31,403 nt of DNA from Promethearchaeota archaeon (GTDB lineage: Archaea > Asgardarchaeota > Lokiarchaeia > Sigyniarchaeales > SOKP01): positions 1-31,403 of the forward strand of contig JAEOTP010000090.1 of assembly GCA_016839765.1 (NCBI GenBank), given 5' to 3'. This document shows positions 17,324-27,263 of this stretch, one piece after another. The translations under genes were made by a program, and so were the position numbers. The first letter of the stretch is position 1; every line of letters begins with the position of its first letter. The notes under the pieces were generated by a model. That model saw only the letters and a list, made by a program, of their open reading frames with translations, did not search any database and was not told the origin of the DNA.

Positions 17324-17806
17324 TTATATCTCTTCTCCCTTTTCTAATTTTTCATATTCTTTGTCAGATAAAAAACCTTTTTGAGCTAAAATTTCCTTGA
17401 TTTTATTAAGTAATATGTCAAATTTAGAGCCATTTAATTCTTGAGTTTCCTTCTCCTTTTTGGAAATTAACGCTTTTAATTCAGTGTTATTTAAACTTAA
17501 ATTTGATAGTTCTTCATCCAGTTGTTTTATTCTATTTAGTAGACCTTCCTTTTCTCCGATGAATGAGGATAATTTTGTATTAGAAGATATTAATTCTTCT
17601 TCTAAATCTGATATCTTTTGTGTTGCAAAATCTAATTTAGCTTCTATTTCATTAAGTTTATTCTTAGATATTTCCAAATCTTTGTTCAAATTTTCTATTT
17701 TTTCATTTTTTTGTTTTAATTCGATTTCTTTTTGAGATAATAGTTTTTCAAAATCCTCTATTATCTGATCTGGTTCCCTTTTTACGTAAGGCCAATCATC
17801 TGACAT
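17324..17806 (-). CDS. Coiled-coil protein with C-terminal SHOCT-like hairpin (paralog of 15168..15656)
   Basis: MSDDWP, heptad core, KIKEILAQKGFLSDKEYE. Confidence 0.75.
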   Translation of the reverse strand: MSDDWPYVKREPDQIIEDFEKLLSQKEIELKQKNEKIENLNKDLEISKNKLNEIEAKLDFATQKISDLEEELISSNTKLSSFIGEKEGLLNRIKQLDEELSNLSLNNTELKALISKKEKETQELNGSKFDILLNKIKEILAQKGFLSDKEYEKLEKGEEI

Positions 17807-17912
17807 TTTGATATTATACCAAAAAAATTTTGGAATGTAATTAATTTAATATGATTATTATAAAATCTTCTTATAAATATATCTAAATTAATACTAGTAA
17901 ATAGCTATTGAT

Positions 17913-18305
17913 TTAACCATATTCTTTTAGTGAATCTTGAATAGCCTCTTCAAAACATAGAAACGGTTTAACATTACAGTCCCAATTATTAAATATCTCT
18001 GGAGGATAAGCATTAAAGAATTTTTCTATTACTTTATCTAATTCTTTTACGATCTTTTTTTCTTTTTTTTTATCTGAACTATCAGTTACGAATAAAATAT
18101 CATTCTTTTTTTTCAGATAAATTGTTTTATCACTAATTACAAAATTTGAGATAATATCCTCAAACAATCCTGTCTCTGCAAAAGTATTAAGCGATGAAAT
18201 AATTGCTCCAAAAAGTTGTTCGTCAATAATTGGTTCATATTTACGATGGAATATAACTGATCCAGTATTTGTCAGAATCCAGACATTTTGTAATATTTTT
18301 CCCAT
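17913..18305 (-). CDS. Stand-alone longin/roadblock-like domain protein
   Basis: VWILTNTGSVIF beta-hairpin, QLFGAIISSLNTF helix, C-terminal WDCNVKPF. Confidence 0.7.
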   Translation of the reverse strand: MGKILQNVWILTNTGSVIFHRKYEPIIDEQLFGAIISSLNTFAETGLFEDIISNFVISDKTIYLKKKNDILFVTDSSDKKKEKKIVKELDKVIEKFFNAYPPEIFNNWDCNVKPFLCFEEAIQDSLKEYG

Positions 18306-18405
18306 AATTAAAATTATTTTTGGAATTTCAAATTAATCTAACTATTTACTCTATTAAATGGGTATTATTTCACACTTTTAAATAATTTCATTTATTTTAA
18401 ATATT

Positions 18406-19275
18406 TTAAATATTAAATAATTCTTCAGATAGGGAAACTGTATTACTTTCTTCATCAATTTTTAAGAGTTCTTTTACTTGCATTTGCTTAATAGTTCTTA
18501 CTGCTAAAATTGGGGGTAAATCAATGTGTTTTTTTAATTCATCTAAACTACAATTTTGTTTTTCTATTAACATTGTAATTATATCTAACTCAGGGATTTT
18601 CTCATCAGAATTTTCAATTAAAAACAATGTAAAGAAATCACTTCTCTTAAATTCATTAAATTGCTTTTCCACTTCTTCAAACTTTTTTAACCATTGATCT
18701 TTAATTTCTTTAATTTTGTTTAAACCCTCTTGGTCAAATTCCTTTAAATTTATCTCATTTTTTATTTTAAATTGTTCCAATTCTTTAGAATGAGCAGATA
18801 ACGCATTTCTATGCTTCTCTTCATTATCTCTTCTTTTTTGCTCTAAAACTTCCTTCTCTGATTCTTTTGCAGATAAATTCGATTCCACGGTTTTTAACTT
18901 CGATTTAATACTTTCTAAGTCCTCTTTACATTCACTCAAATTTTTATCAATTTTATTATAAGAATCTTTTAGGGTATTAATTTCTGATTTTAATTCATCA
19001 GTTCTATTCTGTGAATCCTGAAAATTCTTATTAAGATCCTCAAATTGAATTTGTAATTTGAATAATTCTGAATCTAGAACCCGAAGCTCATCCTCTAATT
19101 TTTCATTTTCACTTTTTTCATCTTTCAATCTGGCCAAGATCCCCTTTAAGTTTTCAATAATTTTCTGACTATTATCTTGAAATGATTGATTGGCTTCTCC
19201 ACTGCTTGAGATTAAGAACAATTGCTTAATTATCTTCTCTGAAAATTGTTCAATTAAATCAAGATATACGCTCAT
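18406..19275 (-). CDS. Long coiled-coil protein with C-terminal winged-helix-like domain
   Basis: ~190-aa heptads, then PELDIITML..CSLDELKKHIDLPPILAVRTIKQM..LLKIDEESNTVSL; ATGA overlap with upstream gene. Confidence 0.75.
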   Translation of the reverse strand: MSVYLDLIEQFSEKIIKQLFLISSSGEANQSFQDNSQKIIENLKGILARLKDEKSENEKLEDELRVLDSELFKLQIQFEDLNKNFQDSQNRTDELKSEINTLKDSYNKIDKNLSECKEDLESIKSKLKTVESNLSAKESEKEVLEQKRRDNEEKHRNALSAHSKELEQFKIKNEINLKEFDQEGLNKIKEIKDQWLKKFEEVEKQFNEFKRSDFFTLFLIENSDEKIPELDIITMLIEKQNCSLDELKKHIDLPPILAVRTIKQMQVKELLKIDEESNTVSLSEELFNI

Positions 19276-20126
19276 AGCTTAAAGTCAACCTCCTTCTGTA
19301 AGGTTATTAATCCATTTTTCTCATTAAAATTGACAGGTCCACCCTCAGCCACCATCTTTTTTATTACCTTTTCTGCTCTTTGAGGATCATAATTTAACGC
19401 TTGGCAAATGAAATTTAGTTCCATGGGTTTATTTTTTTCTAAAGCACTGATAAAATTGAATAACTCTGAATTAAGCATTCTATTTCTTATTAATAGTCTT
19501 ATAGCTTTAGTTTTAACTTTAACCGGTTTAAAGCTATCTAGCTTTAAATTATATTCTTGTTCGTTTTCAGCTTCTACTTCCTTTATTTTATTATTCAGTT
19601 CTTCTTCCTTTTTTGTTAAGATTTGGTTATATCCTAATTTTAAAGCATTTATTTCTTGGTTAATATTTTCTTCTGCTTTTGATATATCTTGGATTTTTTC
19701 TTCCACTTTCTTCCAAGAATTATTGAGTTCTGATTCTAAATCTTCAAGAAGTTGTCTCTTTTTGTCATATTCTCTGTTAAATTTCTCTTTTTTAGATTGA
19801 ATCTCTTCTAATTCTTTCCTTTTTATTTCTAAATTTTTTTGAATTTCTTCTTGTTTTTTGGATAGCTCACTGACCTCTGATTCATATTTCGGAATTTCTT
19901 GGTTAAATTGAAAGATTTTTACTTTCAAAGATTCAATATTATCTTTATTTGTTTTAATTTTCTCAATATTACTATTTTTTTCTCTATTAAAACTTTCTAT
20001 CGCATCAAATATTTCATTTGGTTCCGCTTCTAATCTAAGCTTATTATTTTTGATTGAATCATTAATTTTTTTTATAAACATAAATACTTCTTGTAAATTT
20101 GGAATTAAGTCAATAATTTGAGACAT
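19272..20126 (-). CDS. Long coiled-coil protein with C-terminal winged-helix-like domain
   Basis: Heptads, then ELFNFISAL..MELNFICQALNYDPQRAEKVIKKM..PVNFNEKNGLITL. Confidence 0.75.
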   Translation of the reverse strand: MSQIIDLIPNLQEVFMFIKKINDSIKNNKLRLEAEPNEIFDAIESFNREKNSNIEKIKTNKDNIESLKVKIFQFNQEIPKYESEVSELSKKQEEIQKNLEIKRKELEEIQSKKEKFNREYDKKRQLLEDLESELNNSWKKVEEKIQDISKAEENINQEINALKLGYNQILTKKEEELNNKIKEVEAENEQEYNLKLDSFKPVKVKTKAIRLLIRNRMLNSELFNFISALEKNKPMELNFICQALNYDPQRAEKVIKKMVAEGGPVNFNEKNGLITLQKEVDFKL

Positions 20127-20286
20127 CTTTTTTCCAGCTCAAAATTTGATTAAACTTTCTAATAATATAGAAAAGTGCGGTTATTAAAATCTTCTGATTC
20201 AAAAAGATTAAACTAGATTATTAAGGGATTAGGTATTTATATCAAAAAATAAAACAATAAAAATTTGTATATCTATGACAAAAAAA

Positions 20287-22314
20287 TTAGACATTTAATT
20301 TCCAAGTAGAATAATCTTCAAATAATATACCCAAGTTACTGATACGATAGAAGATTTTTCCTTTTTCTGTTTCACCTATCAAAAATCTTGCCTTACCCAG
20401 ATTTCTGATCCCTCTAATAATCCTAATTATTCTCATATGCGGCATATAAAATGGAAATACCCTTTTTGTTATTCCAATCTCATCAGGAGCCATCCAACCT
20501 TTATTTTCATCCTTATAAAGGTACAAAGTATGGATAATTTTCATTTGATCTTCATTTAATTGATAATGAATTTCATCAAAATTAGTTTTTTCTTTTATAT
20601 AGCGTTGAGGGAGTTCTTGTTGGTTATATAATAAATTTTCATCAATCGATTCCATATTGAAAATATCAATAAGCACAGTGGAAATGTTATATGTATTTTC
20701 GTTCTCACTCCAAAAGTTTAAATCTTTATCTAAACTAAAATTAATTTTATTTTGGGTACAACCTCCGTAGTAAAAACAAAATAGTATTTTTTTCTCTGAC
20801 AATGAACCTAATCTGGAAATAAAACCCATCATTTCTAATCTAGGTATTAGATTATCTTTACTTTTAATCATATCTTCATCGATGATAAAGAAGCCATTAG
20901 GTTTTCCTTTAAAATCTTCTTTCATAACCCTAATTAATTTATCAACGAGATACTTATCATGAATAATCTCATGTTCAGAAAAATAGTAGTTTGATTTTGT
21001 TTCTTTTAAAATTGAGCTGAAATAATCTTTATAGAGAAACTCCCTATAAACAAATTCAGATGCTTCTGTAATTCTATTAATTGATAGTTTACTTTTCATT
21101 TTTAAGGTCATAATGCATTTAGGATGACTTAGAATCAATCCAATTAGCCTTGGAACATTCATAGACATAAAAAACAGATGTTTAAAAAAAGAAGATACGT
21201 CATCAAAAAGAATATTTAATGATTTAACGTCTCTAAAGACATCAGCTAATTCAGAATTAAGTCTTTTAAATACTAATTGGATTGATGTATCAATTCCTCT
21301 CTGAATTCTTCTCTCATAAGGCTCATCTGAATATAATTTGCAATAATCTAATTCTATAGTTTGATAATCTTGTTGTTTTTTCAAAGAACCTGTGTAATAG
21401 AGTTTAGGATAACATGCAATACAAAAGCATAAATCACTAACATCTTTAAATAAAGGTTCAACAAAACTTTCAATAATTATTTTCTGGTTAATGATTGAAA
21501 TTTCTGAAAAATCATCTATAAGAAAATGAATATAATTTAATGGAAATTCTTTAATTAGTTTTAAATCATTAAAAAGTTCTTTAAACACGTTTATATCGAA
21601 CAAATTTTTAAAAATAGTTAAAAGCTCTTCATTTTTTCCCGATTCAAATAATAATTTCTCATTATCACTATAATAAGAGATTTCTTCTATACTCCTTTTT
21701 AAAATGACATAATAATTTCTTAATTCTTCGTCATTAACTTTTGAAATAGGTGGATCTGTGTTTACTAAGTTATTTATCTGTTTATTAATAAGATCTTCAA
21801 TTTTAAGAAACATTGAATCACTTATAACACCTAATCCTCTCAACTCATCATAAGTATTTTCGACTTGTCGTATTAATTCTATATTTAAATTTCTAATTAA
21901 ATAACCAAGATCGTCAATCTCATCTCCTTTTAATGAGATTTTATCAAGGACGTTTAAAAATAAATTTTTAATTTCAATATATATAGGTAGAACCATTTTT
22001 TCTTGTTTTAAATAATCCAAATTTTTTTTTATGAAAAAAGATTCAAGGCACTCTATCCTTGCTCTTTTTAAAATAGTAGTTTTCCCAGCTCCTCTTCTAC
22101 CGATTAAGTAATTTACTTTTCTTTCTTTTATAGTTTGAAAAAGAGCTTTAATGCAAATATCGTCAGGAATGAGTTGGACATAAGCTTTCTTTTGTTTTAA
22201 TATCTCATCATAGTTTTCTCTTTCAATGTTATTGTATCTTGCTAAATCTTTAAAAACGTTAATAACTTTTTCAAGATCTCCATCTTTTAAGTTATTTAAT
22301 GACATTAACTTCAC
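20287..22314 (-). CDS. P-loop NTPase (ORC/Cdc6- or STAND-like) with C-terminal wHTH
   Basis: Walker A GRRGAGKT, Walker B FLIDDFSE, NVPR motif, terminal YRISNLG wing. Confidence 0.75.
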   Translation of the reverse strand: MKLMSLNNLKDGDLEKVINVFKDLARYNNIERENYDEILKQKKAYVQLIPDDICIKALFQTIKERKVNYLIGRRGAGKTTILKRARIECLESFFIKKNLDYLKQEKMVLPIYIEIKNLFLNVLDKISLKGDEIDDLGYLIRNLNIELIRQVENTYDELRGLGVISDSMFLKIEDLINKQINNLVNTDPPISKVNDEELRNYYVILKRSIEEISYYSDNEKLLFESGKNEELLTIFKNLFDINVFKELFNDLKLIKEFPLNYIHFLIDDFSEISIINQKIIIESFVEPLFKDVSDLCFCIACYPKLYYTGSLKKQQDYQTIELDYCKLYSDEPYERRIQRGIDTSIQLVFKRLNSELADVFRDVKSLNILFDDVSSFFKHLFFMSMNVPRLIGLILSHPKCIMTLKMKSKLSINRITEASEFVYREFLYKDYFSSILKETKSNYYFSEHEIIHDKYLVDKLIRVMKEDFKGKPNGFFIIDEDMIKSKDNLIPRLEMMGFISRLGSLSEKKILFCFYYGGCTQNKINFSLDKDLNFWSENENTYNISTVLIDIFNMESIDENLLYNQQELPQRYIKEKTNFDEIHYQLNEDQMKIIHTLYLYKDENKGWMAPDEIGITKRVFPFYMPHMRIIRIIRGIRNLGKARFLIGETEKGKIFYRISNLGILFEDYSTWKLNV

Positions 22315-22478
22315 TTTATATTAAAAAAAAATATATTATTTTACTAATTTATCTGATTAAATGATTCTAAATATAAGTAATAATAAGTAGTTTAACAATT
22401 GCTAGTTTAAAAAAAATATTAAAAAAGTAAAAGATATATTTCTATTTTTATTAAAATTATCCCGATTTTTCTCAAGAG

Positions 22479-22877
22479 TTATAAATCTGCCATTTTAAAA
22501 TAAAGATCTACTTTATCCTTAAATTTTTCAAAAAAAGAAACATCGCCGTCCCAATTATTAATATCTTCAAGACTGAACATATCATCAAAAATATCTGCTA
22601 TAATTTTGGTAATTTTTTGAATTTTCTTATCTTTTACTTCCAATGGGGATTTACAGACAAGGATAACTTCATTTTGAACACATGTAGTAAACGTATATTT
22701 ATCATTTCCCACATTTAAAGACCTTAATTGCCCTTTTGATACTTCTTTAACGAAAACTTTTATAGCAGAAATAAAACTACCTAACATAGATTTATCTACA
22801 CCACCAATTCTAGCAAAATCAACAATAGGAATGCCGTCTTTTGAAAAGATCCAAATCTCGTCGAGTATTGATGACAT
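22479..22877 (-). CDS. Stand-alone longin/roadblock-like domain protein
   Basis: IWIFSKDGIPI, MLGSFISAIKVF, WDGDVSFF; aligns by eye with 17913..18305. Confidence 0.7.
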   Translation of the reverse strand: MSSILDEIWIFSKDGIPIVDFARIGGVDKSMLGSFISAIKVFVKEVSKGQLRSLNVGNDKYTFTTCVQNEVILVCKSPLEVKDKKIQKITKIIADIFDDMFSLEDINNWDGDVSFFEKFKDKVDLYFKMADL

Positions 22878-22893
22878 TTTTTTACAATTTTAT

Positions 22894-23229
22894 TTATTTT
22901 TCTTTTTTTGAAACTGGTTCTCGAAGAATCGTTTTATATGTTTTAAAACTAAGATTTATTACAATCAATACAAATAATCCCCCAAAAATATAAACAATAG
23001 CAGTCATAACAGCAATAATTTCCGGCATATTTAATGCTAAGAATATAATGTTAAAAACATAGCCGAAAAGAAATAGAACTATTAATAATTGTATTATTAT
23101 CCATTTCTGATTAATCTTAGATCCAGGAAACAGCCCTTTTATTTTTGTAATAATAAATAAACTAATTACAAAAAACACTGCTCCACTGATAGAACATATA
23201 AAACTAAAAATATAGACAATCTCATCCAT
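22894..23229 (-). CDS. Small 3-TM membrane protein
   Basis: Three hydrophobic segments with WIII..LFLFGY and IFGGLFV; ends 16 bp before the longin-like gene. Confidence 0.78.
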   Translation of the reverse strand: MDEIVYIFSFICSISGAVFFVISLFIITKIKGLFPGSKINQKWIIIQLLIVLFLFGYVFNIIFLALNMPEIIAVMTAIVYIFGGLFVLIVINLSFKTYKTILREPVSKKEK

Positions 23230-23380
23230 TGCATATCTACCTTTATTTAGATTTTTTTTGTGTTTTAATTATTTAATTAATCTTTTTTATAAATTTAAAA
23301 TTATTTTTATCTATAATTTTGAAAACAAGGCTACTATATCAAAAGATATAATATTGAATTAATACCTTGACCAAAATATA

Positions 23381-26221
23381 CTAAATACGACTCTTTAAAA
23401 ATTCAATTTTTTTCTTCAAAATTCCTGATTTTTTTGACTTTTCTAGTCCTAAATTATTCAACATCTCTAATGATTGAATGGTATATTTAAGTGAATTTGA
23501 ATATTCATATTTTGCATAATAGACTCCAGCAATATTATTAAATAAATCTGCTTTAAATTCAAGATTATCCATTTCCTCCACTAATTCTAAAGCATGTTCA
23601 AAATAATTCATAGATTCATGAAAATTTTCTAAAAAGTAATAGGCTTTTCCTATATTATTAAGTTGAACAGCTTTTAGTTCTAAACTATTTAATAACTCAG
23701 AAACTTGAAGTGCATCTCTGAAATTCTCTAAAGCTTTGAAATACTTTTTTTGATCATAATGTATATTACCAATTTTATCGAGGAACCACACTTCTTCATC
23801 TAAATGCCCTATTTGTTCATTTAACTGATGACCAATGTCTAATAATTTCAAAGCTTGAGTATAATTTTCTAATTTATAATAACAAGTTCCTAAATTATTA
23901 AGACTAACAGTTCTGCTGTTCAAATCATTTATTTGGTTAAAAATTCTGTATGATAACTCAAAAAATTTCAAAGCTTGAGTAAAATCCTCACTTTTAAAAT
24001 ATATTACTGCAATATTGTTAAGGTAAACCGCTTTGTTCTCTAGATCTCCCAAATTTTCGGCAATTTTTATCGCTTCTTTATATTTTTCGAGCGCATTTTT
24101 ATACTCTTCCTTATTTTCATAGATTTCTATAATCTCATTAATAAAAATGATTTGCCCTGGTAAATCGTTTAATTCTTTACAATATTCGAATCCTTTTTCA
24201 AAAAGAAACGTTGATTCATCAAGCTTTTTTTGGGTTTTATAGATTTCTCCGATTTCATACAAATAAATGCATTTTTTTTCTAAATTATCTATATCATTAG
24301 AGAGATTAAGTGCTTGGTTATACCAATTTAAAGCTTCAAAAAGGTCGTTTTGCTTTTTATATAACTTACCTATATTACTAATACATAAGATTTCTTTCTC
24401 AAGATCATTTAAACTTGTTGATAGATTATAAGCTTCTTTAAATTTCTCTAAAGCTTTTATATCATTTCTCTGATCAAGATAAAGGTTACCTATATTATTT
24501 AAAACAGAGATTTTTAGTAGGTTATCATTTTTTCGATCTAAAATAATTAAAATTTCTTCATATTTTTCCAAAGCTTTGTCATATTTTTTTTGGTTTAAAT
24601 AAATTTTGCCAATATTCTCTAAAGCTAAAGTTTTTATTGCATAATCATCGAGTTTAGTAGAATAATTTAATATCTTATTAAATTTCTCTAATGCTTCAGA
24701 AAATTCCTTCCGACTAAGATAAAGCTCTCCTATTTCATTTAGTATTTCTATTCTCTTTCTAATATTGCCAAGTTTGGTTTCAATTAGAAGAGCCTCCTCA
24801 AATCTTTCTATAGATTTTTCAAAAATTTGTTGTTTCTTATACAAAGTTCCAAGCTTGAATAAAAGATCTACAATTTTCCTTAAATTTTTCAACTCTTTAT
24901 GAATTTCTAACTCTTTTTCATAGATTTTCACGGCTTCTGGGTATTTGTTTAATTTTTCTTGAATTGCTCCCATTTTAGAAAGAAAGAGCACTCTTTTAGA
25001 TAAATTATTGACATTTTTTATTAACTGAACTCCCTCTGAATAATATTCAAGAGCTTTTTCAAAAACACCGCGCTTTTCCCAAATTGAGCCTATATCAAAA
25101 AATATATCGATTTTTTGAGGGTCTTTAATAGACTCCATAGCAACATCTAAAAGCTCCTCTCCACATCTTAATGCCTCATCAAGCATATTATAATTAATAA
25201 ATATCTTAAAAGGAATTACCTTTTTCATAACATAATTTGGTGAATCAAGGTTGAATCGCATCCAATTTTCTATATCCGTAGAAAATCCATTTTGTGTTAT
25301 ACCTTGTTCAAGAGTTAAAAAATTTTTAAAAAATTTACAAGTGTTTACATTTATTCTGTAAATTTTCATATTTTGATGATAATTTTTAATCTCTAAAAGA
25401 ATTTTATCAATTCTATCAAATTTTATGGTAATATAATGTGAATCTTTATCTATTTCGTATACGTCGCTTTCATTTTCATCTAATATATGGTTTATCCAGA
25501 ATATATTATTCAAACTATCAATATCTCTTAACATTGGGAGAATATCAAAATCATTTTTCCCTGAATAACCTATAATAATCAACGAACTTCCACTTAATAT
25601 ATTATTTAAAAGTGGTTGTTTATATGGTTCCAATTGGAAAAGTGATATTCTTTTTTCATTTTCACCAATTTTTTGAATAGTATTAATTAAGGGCTTAGTT
25701 GTATTTTCACCAGTGATAATATTTTTAATAGAACCATGTAATTTGAATAGAAATAGCTTTCCTTTTTTTAATGCTTTATCAAAATTCTCATCTTGTTTAT
25801 AATCTTTTTCTGTAATGATTGGCACTATTTTTTTTTTAGAGACATTAGATTGTAATAATGATTCTTCAATTAAACAATCAAAGTTCGTGGTCATGACATA
25901 TTGACCATTCTTAATCATATCAGCAAGAAAGAAATGCAAATAATTGGGTTTTGTATCAATTCCATATAAATTGTATATTTTGAGTATTGGATCGAAATGA
26001 GTACAAATAATTTTAAGCAAAGTTTCAAGAGTTAGTTCTGGAATGCTTAATATTTTTTGAATTTCAAAATCATCACACAGAAATTTAACAATATACTGAA
26101 TCATTTCATGTCCGTCAGGTAAATATGATGGAGCTTCAACAGAACAACCAGCACCAGCAAGAAATACTAATTTTTCATCATTACCTAACAAATGAGTAAT
26201 TTTTTGAATGATTTCTTTCAT
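23381..26221 (-). CDS. SIR2-like domain fused to TPR repeats
   Basis: FLAGAGCS, TTNFD, KLHGS, IGYSGKNDFDI; about 14 repeats of 40-aa period (LNNIGxxY...AL). Confidence 0.9.
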   Translation of the reverse strand: MKEIIQKITHLLGNDEKLVFLAGAGCSVEAPSYLPDGHEMIQYIVKFLCDDFEIQKILSIPELTLETLLKIICTHFDPILKIYNLYGIDTKPNYLHFFLADMIKNGQYVMTTNFDCLIEESLLQSNVSKKKIVPIITEKDYKQDENFDKALKKGKLFLFKLHGSIKNIITGENTTKPLINTIQKIGENEKRISLFQLEPYKQPLLNNILSGSSLIIIGYSGKNDFDILPMLRDIDSLNNIFWINHILDENESDVYEIDKDSHYITIKFDRIDKILLEIKNYHQNMKIYRINVNTCKFFKNFLTLEQGITQNGFSTDIENWMRFNLDSPNYVMKKVIPFKIFINYNMLDEALRCGEELLDVAMESIKDPQKIDIFFDIGSIWEKRGVFEKALEYYSEGVQLIKNVNNLSKRVLFLSKMGAIQEKLNKYPEAVKIYEKELEIHKELKNLRKIVDLLFKLGTLYKKQQIFEKSIERFEEALLIETKLGNIRKRIEILNEIGELYLSRKEFSEALEKFNKILNYSTKLDDYAIKTLALENIGKIYLNQKKYDKALEKYEEILIILDRKNDNLLKISVLNNIGNLYLDQRNDIKALEKFKEAYNLSTSLNDLEKEILCISNIGKLYKKQNDLFEALNWYNQALNLSNDIDNLEKKCIYLYEIGEIYKTQKKLDESTFLFEKGFEYCKELNDLPGQIIFINEIIEIYENKEEYKNALEKYKEAIKIAENLGDLENKAVYLNNIAVIYFKSEDFTQALKFFELSYRIFNQINDLNSRTVSLNNLGTCYYKLENYTQALKLLDIGHQLNEQIGHLDEEVWFLDKIGNIHYDQKKYFKALENFRDALQVSELLNSLELKAVQLNNIGKAYYFLENFHESMNYFEHALELVEEMDNLEFKADLFNNIAGVYYAKYEYSNSLKYTIQSLEMLNNLGLEKSKKSGILKKKIEFLKSRI

Positions 26222-26444
26222 TTTTACTGCGATGATATCAGATTTTATAAATAATAAAATTCTTTCTATAAATAATTTTCTTCAATAGATTTCCATTTTG
26301 TTGCAATACAATTGTATAAAGTTTATGAAATTCTTACGAATTTTTTATAAAATTATATAAGAACGTACCTCTATAAAAAAATATACGGTTTAAATGTGTT
26401 TAAATATTTTCTAGTAGTAAAAGATTCTTTTTATGTGACTGTTA

Positions 26445-27251
26445 TTGAAAATTTTCGTTTGTATAAAGCAAGTTCCCGGAATTTCTGAAGTAAAAATTGA
26501 TCCCAAAACAAATACATTAATACGATCTGGAATCCCTTCAATTATAAATCCACATGATAAACATGCAATTGAATTAGGACTTACTATTAAAGAAAATCAT
26601 GGAGGGGAAGTTATTGCAATAAGTATGGGACCTCCTCAAGCAGAAGAAGCTTTACGCGAAGCTCTATCTATGGGTGTTGATAAATCTTATCTTTTGACCG
26701 ATAGAGCGTTTGCGGGAGCAGACACTTTAGCTACATCCCATACATTGGCTTTAGCAATTAAAAAATTATTAAAGGACTTAAAAAAAGCAGAACCTTATTT
26801 AGTTATCTGTGGAACCCAAGCAATTGATGGAGATACTGCTCAAGTTGGCCCTGAATTAGCAGAAGAACTGGGTATACCTCAAATAACATATGTGTTAAAT
26901 TTTGAATTAAAAGAAGACAGAATTATAGTAGAAAGAGTTTTTAGAGCTGAAGAAGTGATTATAATTGAAACTAAATTACCTGCTTTAATTTCAGTTCTCA
27001 AAGAAATAAATAATCCGAGAAAACCTGGAATAAAAGGGATTGTTGATGCTTATGAGAAAAAGAAAGTAGTATTTTGGAATTCTGAAGATTTGAAAGCTGA
27101 TAAGGCAGAAGTTGGATTAAACGGTTCTATGACAGAGGTGTGGAAGATCTTTATCCCCGTAAGAAAAGGAGAACATATCAAACTTACTGGTACAATTGAT
27201 GATATGGCAAATGAGTTAGTAAAAAATTTAAAAGAAGATAAAGTAATTTAG
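26445..27251 (+). CDS. etfB: Electron transfer flavoprotein beta subunit
   Basis: VCIKQVP, NPHD, DRAFAGADTLAT, QAIDGDTAQVGP; TTG start. Confidence 0.95.
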   Translation: MKIFVCIKQVPGISEVKIDPKTNTLIRSGIPSIINPHDKHAIELGLTIKENHGGEVIAISMGPPQAEEALREALSMGVDKSYLLTDRAFAGADTLATSHTLALAIKKLLKDLKKAEPYLVICGTQAIDGDTAQVGPELAEELGIPQITYVLNFELKEDRIIVERVFRAEEVIIIETKLPALISVLKEINNPRKPGIKGIVDAYEKKKVVFWNSEDLKADKAEVGLNGSMTEVWKIFIPVRKGEHIKLTGTIDDMANELVKNLKEDKVI

Positions 27252-27263
27252 GAGGAGATCCGT

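Noticed and set aside
18406-20126. SMC or Rad50 annotation for the coiled-coil genes
   Set aside because: No Walker motifs, ABC signature, hinge or zinc hook
26306-26317. Palindrome ATACAATTGTAT upstream of etfB, and the AT-only inverted repeat at 2310-2329
   Set aside because: Short, AT-rich and single copy; expected by chance at this base composition
27249-27263. etfB and etfA are in the same frame, separated only by TAG (possible pyrrolysine or readthrough fusion)
   Set aside because: TAG is an ordinary stop in other genes here (1239, 11624, 23381), EtfB is full length, and a strong RBS follows the stop; only proteomics could revive the idea
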